Position numbers and translations under genes: made by a program. 64,000 nt of DNA from a virus (Duplodnaviria; Caudoviricetes), in the IMG/VR virus record IMGVR_UViG_3300019776_000220, positions 216 to 64,215 of that record; one strand, 5' to 3'. Below the pieces are notes generated by a model, which saw nothing but the letters and a program-made list of their open reading frames with translations, was not told the DNA's origin and searched no databases. This document shows positions 21,001 to 30,163 of this stretch, one piece after another (the stretch's first letter is position 1; the number at the start of each line of letters is the position of its first letter).

Positions 21001-24000
21001 ACATAAGTTTATATTAGCACTTCGTGAGCTTGTTAAAAAGTATGCTGATAAAATAGGTAACAAAACATTAATTGAACTTGCTGACAGAGTTGGTAAAACA
21101 ACTAATTCTGCTGAGGAGCTTGCATCATTCTTCGAATCATTTGCTAAATCATTGAGAGAAGGAACAGATGTAAATTTAGATTATACAAAACAATTTACTA
21201 AGGAAGGTGTAGTTGCTTCATCTAATGAGATTCGCCAGAAGATTGATTCTGATGCAACATATGATGAGGGTATTGCTATACCATTCCCATCTGAAATCGA
21301 TTACGCTCCTTTAGATGAAATAAATCAAAAGCGTATAGGGGATTATACATACCCTAAGACCATTCCTATGCTTGAGACTGTATCTCATCCTGTAATGAGC
21401 CTTAATAGCGTAGTTGAGAAATATGATGGCAAGGTGATTATTATTACAAGTGATGCTACAGGATACGGGGTTGATAGCAAAGGAGACCCTATCTATGGTG
21501 GATTTGGATTCTCATTAAATGCTCAGAACGTAAAAGATGGGATTGGATTTGCGAGTTTGAATGTAGGAACAGTTAAATCTACATATGCCTCCGCATTTAA
21601 TAATTACGGAGAAGGCAAAGTTGCTGTGTTGATTATGGTTCAAACCCCATCAACAGCAATTAACAATGCTTATGGTACTAAGTATTTGTTTAGAGGATTG
21701 TCTGAGATTGCAAATAGCAATGAAGAGGATTTAGCTAAATCAAAAGAGGCTATTGCTGAATTTATTAACTCAAGTAAAGATGTTGCTAAATATATAAAAT
21801 CTGCAGATGAAAAACAGAAAATAATTGATGTAATCAATAAGATTACTCCAAATATGTCTGAAAAAGCATTAACGGATTTACAGCAAGAATATATTGACAA
21901 AACTACATTCGATGTAAGAAAAGTTATTGGACTTGGGATTTTACCTAAAAATTCAAGCACAAAAACTGATGTCGGCACAAGATATAGTAAAATAGCATTT
22001 AATAAAATTGATTATAGTTTTTATAATTTCCTTAAAGAATACGGAGATAATACAATATTAACTGATGATTTAATTAATAATGATAAGGGAGGATATGTAG
22101 TAGGTGGATTTGAATTAAATGTATTGCCTGAAGGAGAGGAGAGAGATAATCAAATCAAGGAATTGCAGGATAAAGGTATCGTACACGATATGTTTAATGC
22201 AAAACTTGGAGGTGTTAATCATTTTACTCTTGATGGATTATATGATGTAAATGAGAATTTCGCACGTTTTGCAGAGCCAGAAACGGAAATTGATAAATCA
22301 AAACTTTCTGATGAAGAAAGAAATAAATTAGTTAGAGAAAACTATACTGAAGATAAGTATTATTTTGAAGAATTTCATAATAAGCCTTTATCTGAAAGAA
22401 CATATACTCAATTAAAAAACCCTTATAAAATAGAGTTTAAAGCGGAAATACTTGCTCCTAAAGGGTTTTTGAAGCCAAAAACTCCTTCTTTATCTGCCAA
22501 TATTGCCAGAGGGATAGGATTTATTCCAAGTGAGCAAGGCAAATCTGAAATAGCAAAAGCCAATTACAATAAATTGCCTGTTTCTGAGAAAGTAATTTCA
22601 AAAGAAATAGATGAGATGGTTAATGATGGCTCAGAAAACAGAGTTGAATTTATCTCTCAAAAAAGAATCCTTTATCACGGGTCTCCTTGGAGCTTTACTC
22701 AATTTAACAATCAAAAAATTGGTACGGGCGAAGGTGCTCAAGCATATGGTTGGGGAATCTATTTAAGTGAAGACTTTGATGTAGCTCAAGCATACGCTAT
22801 GAGTAATCAAGGGAATAAAATGAATCAACAAGGATATCTAAATTTTATTCCAAACGATTTAAGAAACAAAGCATATAAAATTTTACAAAATCCCAAAACA
22901 AGACTTGCGGATTGGAAAAAGTTTCTTGAAGACAATAAAGGATTTCTTGGATTAAATATCTCAAAATCTAATCGAGAGAAACTATATAATGCATTTGGAG
23001 AAAGAAATCATTATACAGCTCACGTTACAGGTCAAAATCTTAGTGATGGTATATGGTTTGATTGGCACAATGAAGGCAATCTAAATATGATGGCAGCAGC
23101 TACTGCTTATCGTGGTATTTTATCAATAGTATCTTCTTTAGAACAAATGGATAAAATGCAAGGGTTAAATCAATACCAAAGAGATACATTGGATGTCGCT
23201 AAGAAAGTTGTAACTATGAAGCAATTTTCTGATAGAGATATGGGGATGAATTTCTTTTTACGTCAAACTGGCGGAGAAATGTATACAAGACTTGCTGGTT
23301 ATTTTTTAGGTACTCGTACTGCTAAAGATGGCAAAGATTATAATCAACAACACGCTACCGCACAACAAATGGCTTCTTGGCTACTACAGCAAGCTGGAGT
23401 TGATGGAATTAGAGTTCCTACATATTATGCTCAAGGAGGAAGACAAAATGGATTAATGAACTATGTTGTATTCGATGCAAATGCAATTAAGATTACAAAT
23501 AAACAAACTATTCGGGCAAAAGTATCGGTTGATAAGGCAGCGTTAATGGGGGTTGATTTACTTCATTCTGCTCGTCAATCTATGGAAGCTCGGCAAAACG
23601 ATAGCTTCTTAAAATGGTTTAATAAAGATTTTTTAAATAGCCAATACTTAGGTCTTTATAAGAAATGGTTTGAGCGTAACGTTACAATTAGAAAAGAGCT
23701 TGAGAAAGCACAGATGCTCTATGCTATGCAGATGATGTATAACAAAGCTGGTGCATCTCAATTTGCTCAACTTAAATTTGGTAAATATCGTAAAGAGATT
23801 TATGGTGGGCTAAATAAGGATGAGGTAAATATCTTTGATTCAATTGCTCAGTTACGCAGGGTTATTGCCATTGATACTAATTTTGATAACCAAAGAAATG
23901 AATTCTTAACAAAAGCGGAAGCGGTTAATGAGCAGATTCAGAATGCCAAATTAGTTATAGCTAATCCTAACTCTACTCCAGAGCAAAAAGCAATTGCAGC

Positions 24001-26620
24001 TCAATCTATCCCATCACTAAAAGATGATTTAGCTAAGTTGATAAAAAAGGCTAAGGGTAAAGAAAGACCTATGCACGGGAAGCATAATGACGTAAATGAT
24101 AGAAATAAGAAAATCGTTTCTAACAAAGAATCAGCTACGGCATCTCTTGCTAAATTAGAAAAGAAGATTGGAGCGGAGGCATATGCTGAATTAAATAGGA
24201 GAGTTGATTTATACTTCAAGGCATTTAGTGACTTGTTAAAATATAAATTAGATAATGGCTTGATTAATGAGGCGACATATGAGATGTTTAAGAATTATGA
24301 TTACCAGCCAAGAAATTTCTTGAAATTTGCTTATGGTCAATTATATGAAGATGCAAATGGCAACCTTGTAAAAGAAACTCCATTAGATTCTAATTCATTT
24401 ATAAATAGAGGTTCGATGATTGGCTCTGAGGAATTAAGAAAAATTCAAGGAGGAGATATGGATTATCTGGATACTGATTCGGCTCGATTACTTCAGTCGG
24501 CTCTTGTTACCGCAGAGATTCGTGTGTCAACAAATAAAGCATTGAAAGCCCTTGCTGATGAATCTAAATTAGCTAATTACGGATTTATTAAAGAAGCAGA
24601 ATACGAAAGATATAAGGATGGTACTATCAAATTAGATTCAGATGGTAGCCCTAAATTCAAAGAGCCTTCTGATAATAGATTCACTAATATGATTTATAAG
24701 ATTGATGGCAAAAAATATGCATTCCAATTAAAGAATACAAAAGAAATGCCTTTAGCTGATGAATTCAATGATATTGAAATGCGTGACCTAAAGAGTAAGG
24801 GATACAGAGCTTGGACAAGAGGGCTTGGTGCTGGAGTATTAAAGTCATTAGCGACTGGTATAAACATTGCGTTCCCAATTACAAATATTCCTGTCGATGT
24901 AATGTCTCAAATACATTTGACAGATATTTACGAAGGAACTATTGCAGAAAGATACAAGCAGGCAATGGCAGGAACTCTTGAAATGGCTAAAAAGTTAACT
25001 GCTGCCGAATTCAATTTAGGTGATAACTCTGAAATAAGTGATTTGATTTATGAGTTTGCTGAGACAGGTGGATTAATGATGAGCTTAACTCGTGAATACT
25101 CTCCTCAAGTAGAGGGTAGATGGGGAAAAGTAATTGATGGGTTAGGTACTTTTGGTAACATATCTGAATTAGCATCTAAATTAAATGCATACAAAACTGT
25201 CAAAGATAGACTTACTGAAGAATATTATAAGAAGAATGGCATTGAAGCGGCTAATGAAGATTTAGAGAAAATCAAGGCGGAGGCGGCTTATAAGTCGAGA
25301 GCAGCTATGGATTATCATAGAGGTGGTACTTCAGCTAAATGGTTAGATGGATTTGCTCCTTACTTCAACGTATTGATGCAAGCGAATAAGATTACTGCAT
25401 CATATATTGCAAATAACAAAGTTGAATTCGCTAAAAAAATTGCAGGTGCTGGAATATTTGTAATGGCGGTTGTTATGTACAATATGATGGCTGCGGGGGA
25501 TGATTATGACAATGAAGATGTTCAAAGAGATTTGATAAACAATCTTGTTATATTCAATACCTATAAGAATGAAGATGGCACAAGAGGATATACTAAGGTT
25601 GCAGTACCTCCAACAGTAAAATGGTTTTTAAATAAATTCCAGCATATCGCAGAAGGTGTTTATTTGAAAGAGATATTGCAAGACCCTAAGCGTATCGAGA
25701 AATGGCAAAAAAGAACTAAGTTTATTCAATTGCCAGAAGGTAAAATTGAACAACAAGTTTTATCTGTTATTTCTCCATTGATGCCTCCTGTATTAAAAGG
25801 TATTCTTGAGTATGGTACTAATTATGATTTTTGGAGAGAAAAAGAAATTGTTAAGCAATACGAAAATCGTCAGACATCTCCATTTAAAGAAGGGGTTAAA
25901 AATAAAAATGTAGCTGAGTTTTGGAAAGTAATTGCGGGGACAGAAATGGGTAAAGGAATGGGGTTGTCACCTATTAAATTGCAAAAATTGGCTGATGATA
26001 TGCTTCCTTTAACAAACCCGCTTATTTCTATGGGATATTCATTGCTTGATAAATCGGTAAATCAGTTTACTGATGTTCCAGAATCTTATCGTTCAAAGTT
26101 TAATAAGGAAAATACTTGGACCGCTGTGCCAAGTTCGATAGTAGATGGTGTTAAAAACCGTTTTCAAGGTACAACAGACCCAAATAAAAACTTTGAAAAT
26201 AAGGAGTACGCTAAGATTAAAATGGAAGAAAATGATAGATTGTTTGATATCCACGACAAAGTCAATTCTATGATTGATAGCGGAGCATCACTACACGATA
26301 TCAGAGTTTATGCTAAGAGTCAAGGCAGAGAGTATGTTCAAGGAATTCAGAATTATGCTATGAATCTTATGAAGAAAGATAGAATTCAGTATAAGATTTA
26401 TGAGCCCGATTACTTTGCTATGGTATTTGCTCCTGATGCAAGAGCTAAGGCGGAAATAATGATTGAATTCGAAAAGACTAATGAGATTCCTAATATGGAA
26501 TTGTACAGAAAAGACTTGAGAAGATTCGGTATTCTAAACTCAAATGTTCAGCATATCTACGAAAAATTGAAAGAAGAAAGTAAATCTCCAACTGGTGTGC
26601 AAACATCTGAAAACGAATAA
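18050..26620 (+). CDS. giant polyvalent internal virion protein (zincin-like metallopeptidase, ADP-ribosyltransferase-like domain, LPD38-like C-terminus)
   Basis: 2856 aa; HEIFHE...EEFLSE near 20716; YHGSP...GTGEGAQAYGWGIYL...GVDGI...NYVVFD at about 22670-23480; hydrophobic Gly/Ala segments in the N-terminal part. Confidence 0.7.
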   Translation: MSKQRLVDPMSFVSNANVSKPDTQELPDPMSFVETSQKKNPIEKKSVTVSSGQEDSGGLFSDIADYFSRAQPSVSGLGTATFAQDLAKKTGSMRLGIYDQVDNPEMTAEERLAYQKGLKQRAAIDDIVTSNLLKSDVQTSALSFLAEKTNTTPMLESLVSGTFGTLGASAMNILGGAADWIQNVGARTLDTIAKGQIGTGYQSDIKVASSEGVAGALYEAGQNLQNVSNSFMRQAKVDTGIANEDVDKTFTQLLSEGKTADAFTTLGLSSIQQMPQIVALGLTGGSAGAVFAGSAAMGMGASLGEEYAKDADITGKDALVSIAKGVVEGLTETIFRTDVNAFNSLRNIIATEGKEATREAIVRGYGQVMKKALSGANEEGVEEIIANVGGFIVDGVADPKKFNPTEYNKLLESSIDAFVLGAASGGIVSGAATLASKTNLTDEQKRSIRRYKEVAENESFSEDIRKAAMDKIKDIRDLDAGKTYDNYRLITDIEDVNKRADVIKTLNEIKAEEESQKELKDESLIEASNQIIEEKKTKVDSIIRENIDAIYSRSSKAIKEQQKASREKAANYLSENNYYIGFNENNADLLDSIQSGELVDINDINKATSSLYDLEASVMADDKLSNQERNYVLREVYAKLDSLESYDKITKNGKLLAQDNAEPNRTTNIDLRAERAKKVRNNRFEGELFKFQAEDGRNISLRASVDEKGDVTMTPIRKSFKYKTEKESKANESFKIKGNLEVGEIKRNEDGNLISATITDTKGKRSFNTNNEELVSYLQAMQARQSLVKASNVGYSVSDDIESVQGNEILGKLTPNQKARFANYYKALQTVNPNAQIILYDNEKQMARGLVAQGFSRKQAKEAATGSMGLQHSGVIHVNISVADDATVPHEIFHEAVKEITKSNPEAFVDMVKKLEAMLSPAELAYLKNFSNLYENKGENVVAEEFLSELLGVLTAKRLTFSKVNAEGERINVEVDFALNRSIGHKFILALRELVKKYADKIGNKTLIELADRVGKTTNSAEELASFFESFAKSLREGTDVNLDYTKQFTKEGVVASSNEIRQKIDSDATYDEGIAIPFPSEIDYAPLDEINQKRIGDYTYPKTIPMLETVSHPVMSLNSVVEKYDGKVIIITSDATGYGVDSKGDPIYGGFGFSLNAQNVKDGIGFASLNVGTVKSTYASAFNNYGEGKVAVLIMVQTPSTAINNAYGTKYLFRGLSEIANSNEEDLAKSKEAIAEFINSSKDVAKYIKSADEKQKIIDVINKITPNMSEKALTDLQQEYIDKTTFDVRKVIGLGILPKNSSTKTDVGTRYSKIAFNKIDYSFYNFLKEYGDNTILTDDLINNDKGGYVVGGFELNVLPEGEERDNQIKELQDKGIVHDMFNAKLGGVNHFTLDGLYDVNENFARFAEPETEIDKSKLSDEERNKLVRENYTEDKYYFEEFHNKPLSERTYTQLKNPYKIEFKAEILAPKGFLKPKTPSLSANIARGIGFIPSEQGKSEIAKANYNKLPVSEKVISKEIDEMVNDGSENRVEFISQKRILYHGSPWSFTQFNNQKIGTGEGAQAYGWGIYLSEDFDVAQAYAMSNQGNKMNQQGYLNFIPNDLRNKAYKILQNPKTRLADWKKFLEDNKGFLGLNISKSNREKLYNAFGERNHYTAHVTGQNLSDGIWFDWHNEGNLNMMAAATAYRGILSIVSSLEQMDKMQGLNQYQRDTLDVAKKVVTMKQFSDRDMGMNFFLRQTGGEMYTRLAGYFLGTRTAKDGKDYNQQHATAQQMASWLLQQAGVDGIRVPTYYAQGGRQNGLMNYVVFDANAIKITNKQTIRAKVSVDKAALMGVDLLHSARQSMEARQNDSFLKWFNKDFLNSQYLGLYKKWFERNVTIRKELEKAQMLYAMQMMYNKAGASQFAQLKFGKYRKEIYGGLNKDEVNIFDSIAQLRRVIAIDTNFDNQRNEFLTKAEAVNEQIQNAKLVIANPNSTPEQKAIAAQSIPSLKDDLAKLIKKAKGKERPMHGKHNDVNDRNKKIVSNKESATASLAKLEKKIGAEAYAELNRRVDLYFKAFSDLLKYKLDNGLINEATYEMFKNYDYQPRNFLKFAYGQLYEDANGNLVKETPLDSNSFINRGSMIGSEELRKIQGGDMDYLDTDSARLLQSALVTAEIRVSTNKALKALADESKLANYGFIKEAEYERYKDGTIKLDSDGSPKFKEPSDNRFTNMIYKIDGKKYAFQLKNTKEMPLADEFNDIEMRDLKSKGYRAWTRGLGAGVLKSLATGINIAFPITNIPVDVMSQIHLTDIYEGTIAERYKQAMAGTLEMAKKLTAAEFNLGDNSEISDLIYEFAETGGLMMSLTREYSPQVEGRWGKVIDGLGTFGNISELASKLNAYKTVKDRLTEEYYKKNGIEAANEDLEKIKAEAAYKSRAAMDYHRGGTSAKWLDGFAPYFNVLMQANKITASYIANNKVEFAKKIAGAGIFVMAVVMYNMMAAGDDYDNEDVQRDLINNLVIFNTYKNEDGTRGYTKVAVPPTVKWFLNKFQHIAEGVYLKEILQDPKRIEKWQKRTKFIQLPEGKIEQQVLSVISPLMPPVLKGILEYGTNYDFWREKEIVKQYENRQTSPFKEGVKNKNVAEFWKVIAGTEMGKGMGLSPIKLQKLADDMLPLTNPLISMGYSLLDKSVNQFTDVPESYRSKFNKENTWTAVPSSIVDGVKNRFQGTTDPNKNFENKEYAKIKMEENDRLFDIHDKVNSMIDSGASLHDIRVYAKSQGREYVQGIQNYAMNLMKKDRIQYKIYEPDYFAMVFAPDARAKAEIMIEFEKTNEIPNMELYRKDLRRFGILNSNVQHIYEKLKEESKSPTGVQTSENE

Positions 26621-26624
26621 AAAG

Positions 26625-26771
26625 ATGATAAAAAAGACAAATGGAGGCTACAAGTTAGTCTCCAAAACTACTGGCAAAAATCTTGGAACTGCTAAAACTA
26701 AAGCAGGAATCGAGAAAAGAGAAAAACAAGTAAACTATTTTAAGTATCTTGCATCAAAAAAGAAGAAATAA
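26625..26771 (+). CDS. small basic protein (not in ORF track)
   Basis: MIKKTNGGYKLVSKTTGKNLGTAKTKAGIEKREKQVNYFKYLASKKKK. Confidence 0.65.
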   Translation: MIKKTNGGYKLVSKTTGKNLGTAKTKAGIEKREKQVNYFKYLASKKKK

Positions 26772-27238
26772 TGGACTTAGTATCTATGCAAAAAGCTAAA
26801 GTCGTACAAGGTGCGTTTAGCAAATTGATGAGTAGCGACTACTCTCAGCCTGCTTCAGAAAACGAAGGAGCAGAAAATCCACAAGAGGAATTATTGTGTG
26901 AGATGTTAGAGGCATCTGCTCAAGCTAAAGTATTCCATTGGCAAACAAGTTCTTTTGCAGAACACGAAGCTATGGGAGAATTCTATGATGGATTCAATCC
27001 TTTGATGGATAAGTTCATTGAATCATATCAAGGTTGCTACGGAAGAATTATGCTTGGATGCGATTTAGAGGTTAAGCCGTATACAATGGATGCCCCACTT
27101 GCATTTATGGAATCATTTAAGCAATTCATTCAATCAGATGCTCGTATGATGGTTATGGGTAATTCTGCTTTATCTAACATCTTAGATGAAATTAATGGAT
27201 TGGTAGAGCAAACTTTATACAGACTAACTTTCAAGTAA
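26771..27238 (+). CDS. ferritin/Dps-like protein (DUF5856-like)
   Basis: HWQTSSFAEHEAMGEFYD...DKFIESYQG...NILDEI...TLYRL. Confidence 0.7.
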   Translation: MDLVSMQKAKVVQGAFSKLMSSDYSQPASENEGAENPQEELLCEMLEASAQAKVFHWQTSSFAEHEAMGEFYDGFNPLMDKFIESYQGCYGRIMLGCDLEVKPYTMDAPLAFMESFKQFIQSDARMMVMGNSALSNILDEINGLVEQTLYRLTFK

Positions 27239-27239
27239 A

Positions 27240-27386
27240 ATGAAAAATGGCTTATACGCTAATATTCACGCTAAAAGAGAACGAATTAAAGCTGGTTCTG
27301 GTGAAGAAATGAGAAAGGTTGGAAGCAAAGGAGCTCCAACTGCGAAGCAATTTAAACAAGCAGCTAAAACTGCTAAAAAGAAATAA
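27240..27386 (+). CDS. small basic protein (not in ORF track)
   Basis: MKNGLYANIHAKRERIKAGSGEEMRKVGSKGAPTAKQFKQAAKTAKKK. Confidence 0.7.
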   Translation: MKNGLYANIHAKRERIKAGSGEEMRKVGSKGAPTAKQFKQAAKTAKKK

Positions 27387-27387
27387 T

Positions 27388-27669
27388 ATGGGGGCTTGGC
27401 AACGTAAAGAAGGCAAAAATCCTAAAGGGGGATTAAATGCCAAAGGAAGAGCATCGTATAATGCTGAAACAGGAGGGCATTTAAAAGCCCCTGTTAAATC
27501 AGGAACTAATCCAAGACGTGTTTCATTTGCGGCTCGTTTTGCTGGGATGGCTGGTCCTATGAAGAAACCTAATGGAGAGCCGACAAGAAAGGCATTAGCT
27601 TTAAAGGCTTGGGGATTCGGTAGTGTGGAGGCAGCAAAGAAATTTGCAAACTCTCATAAAAAGAAATGA
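27388..27669 (+). CDS. small basic protein (DUF6321-like)
   Basis: AWQRKEGKNPKGGLNAKGRASYN...LKAPV...RRVSFAARF; ATG at 27388 preferred over TTG at 27319. Confidence 0.65.
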   Translation: MGAWQRKEGKNPKGGLNAKGRASYNAETGGHLKAPVKSGTNPRRVSFAARFAGMAGPMKKPNGEPTRKALALKAWGFGSVEAAKKFANSHKKK

Positions 27670-28142
27670 GCGATAAAAAGTTCATAAAGTATTGCCAAAA
27701 TTGTGGGAAAGAGCAATCGTATTCAAACAATTCTGGCTTTAGAAGGGCTGTAAGAAATAATGCTCCTTGCGTTACTTGTCGCAATATTCTTAATGGCAAA
27801 AAACATATATTAGAAACGGGGTACAAAGGTATCCCGCTTTTTTGGTTTAATTCAAAAAAGAAATGGGCGGAGGCAAAGGGAAGGGAATTTTCAATTGATA
27901 TCGAATATATTTGGAGACTATATGTCAAACAAAATAAAGTTTGTGCATTGTCTGGGTTGCCATTAGATTTTGATAAGCAGACCGAAAATGGGATGGTTTC
28001 AATTGATAGAATTGATAACAATAAAGGTTACATTAAAGGTAACATTCAATTACTTCACAAAGATGTGAATTATATGAAATGGACATACGAACAAAGCCAT
28101 TTTATAAACTTGTGTAAATTAATAGCGAAAAATAAAAGCTGA
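27666..28142 (+). CDS. HNH-type (putative homing) endonuclease with N-terminal Zn finger
   Basis: CQNC...CVTC; CALSGLPL...SIDRIDNNKGYIKGNIQLLHKDVNYMK. Confidence 0.7.
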   Translation: MSDKKFIKYCQNCGKEQSYSNNSGFRRAVRNNAPCVTCRNILNGKKHILETGYKGIPLFWFNSKKKWAEAKGREFSIDIEYIWRLYVKQNKVCALSGLPLDFDKQTENGMVSIDRIDNNKGYIKGNIQLLHKDVNYMKWTYEQSHFINLCKLIAKNKS

Positions 28143-28148
28143 TAGTGA

Positions 28149-28418
28149 ATGAAAAAGTCTGCCAAGTATTATGCTACCCATCCCGAAGCTAAAGCAAAGA
28201 AGGATGCCTATAATAAAGAATTCAATAAGAAGCCTGAGCAACGGGCTAAACGTGTTGAATTAGTTAAGGTCAATCGTGAGCGAGGAACTTATGGTAACGG
28301 AGATGGCAAGGATGCATCACATACAAGCAAAGGTATTGTAATGAAAAAAGCCTCCGTAAACAGAGGCTCTAAATCAGATTCAGCGGGTGATAAGCGGGCT
28401 CGTGGAGGTAAAAAATAA
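28149..28418 (+). CDS. small basic protein, degenerate HNH-like motif
   Basis: K/R-rich; GDGKDASH...ASVNRG. Confidence 0.55.
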   Translation: MKKSAKYYATHPEAKAKKDAYNKEFNKKPEQRAKRVELVKVNRERGTYGNGDGKDASHTSKGIVMKKASVNRGSKSDSAGDKRARGGKK

Positions 28419-28826
28419 TTACCCTTCGATTCTTTCTATCGCAAGTCTTCGATGATAATAAATTGGCTCTCCTGCATTAGTAACGTGATATAGTATAGAA
28501 GCCCCATCATTGCTAAATTTACTCATTTGTCGAAGAACAACTACTTCTACTTTTGCAATTCCTCCAAGTAATATAACCCTACTATTAACATACCCCTCTA
28601 TTACAGGGATATATGTTCCATCATTATCTTTGCTTGGCTTCATTATCCAGACCAAGTCTTTGTCTAATATCTTACCTACATCTCCAACTTGAAGCATTGT
28701 TAATGTGACCACACTTGATTTAAATTCTTCTATATTATCAGAAATTTCAGATTGTACATCTTTTGATAATAGCTTTGGGGCTAAACCAAGAAGCCCAAGT
28801 GACATTAAAAATTCTTTCCTTTTCAT
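28419..28826 (-). CDS. hypothetical protein with Tat-like N-terminus
   Basis: MKRKEFLMSLGLLGLAP. Confidence 0.5.
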   Translation of the reverse strand: MKRKEFLMSLGLLGLAPKLLSKDVQSEISDNIEEFKSSVVTLTMLQVGDVGKILDKDLVWIMKPSKDNDGTYIPVIEGYVNSRVILLGGIAKVEVVVLRQMSKFSNDGASILYHVTNAGEPIYYHRRLAIERIEG

Positions 28827-28827
28827 A

Positions 28828-29364
28828 TTATTTCATTTCGATTAAATCTGATTCATAAATTGCGTGGGCAATTGTAGTGGCATTGAATGGCTCTTTATAT
28901 TTGCCAATCAAATCAGTCGCTTTCACAAAGTATGCTTCAAATAATTTAGGTACACTCATCATAACAAAGGCAACTATATCATTCTCAGATGGCTTTGTAA
29001 CAATTTTATCTTCAGTAGAAAATAACCACGATGGCTCTCTGCCATCTACAACAATACAACTTTTAACGTGAATCAATTTATCATCTGATATGATGTCTGC
29101 ATCGTGAGATTTACGATTTCTTTCATAAATCATTATATCAGGAGGAGAAACCTTTTTGTAATTTGGGAAACTTAATAAGGTATTGAATACCGCATATTCA
29201 GACATCTTGCCATTATAAGCCCAATGCTCAAGTTTAGCTATACCTCTTTCCCCCTTTGTTTTATAGTAATCTCTTTGATTGATTGCACTATTCTTTGCGA
29301 ATGTACTGCACAACGTTTCCTGATATAAGTCAGGAGCGATAAGATTTAGTTTCCTTATTTGCAT
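28828..29364 (-). CDS. putative PD-(D/E)XK-fold nuclease-like protein
   Basis: GKMSEYAV...DADII...IHVKS. Confidence 0.45.
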   Translation of the reverse strand: MQIRKLNLIAPDLYQETLCSTFAKNSAINQRDYYKTKGERGIAKLEHWAYNGKMSEYAVFNTLLSFPNYKKVSPPDIMIYERNRKSHDADIISDDKLIHVKSCIVVDGREPSWLFSTEDKIVTKPSENDIVAFVMMSVPKLFEAYFVKATDLIGKYKEPFNATTIAHAIYESDLIEMK

Positions 29365-29737
29365 AGGATAGGATGTGAACTATTAGTAGGTAATTTTTCT
29401 TCCCCATTGTTTCATCAGGGTAAATTTCAATCCCTTTGCAGAATTTCTTAGAGTCATCAACAATGTAATGTGCTTTCTTCATAGTATCCTCAAGGATTTT
29501 AATCATAGGCACGGTATTGCTTGCATCTAATCGACTATTAAAGTATAATGTAATCATATACTTGTCAATCTTTTTTGTTCTCTTAGGGAGCAACTTTAGA
29601 AATAGGTTAGCCCAAAATTCTTTCTCTTTGTTTCTGAATGACCAATGGCGGTTTGCGTACCATTTGTTTAGAGATAAATCTACACCTTCCCATTCTATTG
29701 TAATATGGGCAATCGAATCATCTTTATCAGTTGTCAT
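29330..29737 (-). CDS. RusA-like Holliday junction resolvase
   Basis: SLNKWY...RLDASN...KILEDTM...IVDDS. Confidence 0.7.
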   Translation of the reverse strand: MTTDKDDSIAHITIEWEGVDLSLNKWYANRHWSFRNKEKEFWANLFLKLLPKRTKKIDKYMITLYFNSRLDASNTVPMIKILEDTMKKAHYIVDDSKKFCKGIEIYPDETMGKKNYLLIVHILSYANKETKSYRS

Positions 29738-29927
29738 ATCTTAGTCTTGAGATGAAATCTTCTCGAACTTCTTTCCAATAGCATTCATCAGAAAATTCTT
29801 TGTGTTTACTATTGATAGCTAATTCTTCAAGTAGATACGAGATAACTGCAAGTCTCCCACTATGATAGGAAATCTTCAGTATCTCGTCTACTCTTTCATC
29901 GGGTTTTAAATTAAGCGGATTGTTCAT
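29727..29927 (-). CDS. hypothetical protein
   Basis: 66-aa ORF in a tight operon. Confidence 0.5.
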   Translation of the reverse strand: MNNPLNLKPDERVDEILKISYHSGRLAVISYLLEELAINSKHKEFSDECYWKEVREDFISRLRYDN

Positions 29928-29929
29928 AG

Positions 29930-30163
29930 CTATTTGATTCCTCTCATTACTAATGATTCGGGATATTTATTTGCGAAATCAATGAAATCCGCAATCATTT
30001 TCCTTGTGTATCGGATTGGTCTTGTATCGATATATGCGATATACATATTCTTGCGATACCAAGCTAATACCCGATACGTTACACCAAGCATTGCCCTCAA
30101 CTCCTTGTCGGTGTACAATAGCTTTTCCAATTTCAATTCTTCCATTTCAGATTTTCTTATCAT
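29930..30163 (-). CDS. excisionase/MerR-like HTH protein
   Basis: LLYTDKELRAMLGVTYRVLAWYR...IRYTRKMIADFI. Confidence 0.65.
   Translation of the reverse strand: MIRKSEMEELKLEKLLYTDKELRAMLGVTYRVLAWYRKNMYIAYIDTRPIRYTRKMIADFIDFANKYPESLVMRGIK

Noticed and set aside
18050-26620. crAss-type virion RNA polymerase
   Set aside because: No DxDxD catalytic motif recognised; the motifs present fit polyvalent-protein domains. A structure search would be needed to exclude it fully
27252-27443. Minus-strand ORF, and the extended 27319 start of the next + ORF
   Set aside because: Better explained by the + strand 48-aa basic ORF at 27240..27386 followed by ATG at 27388
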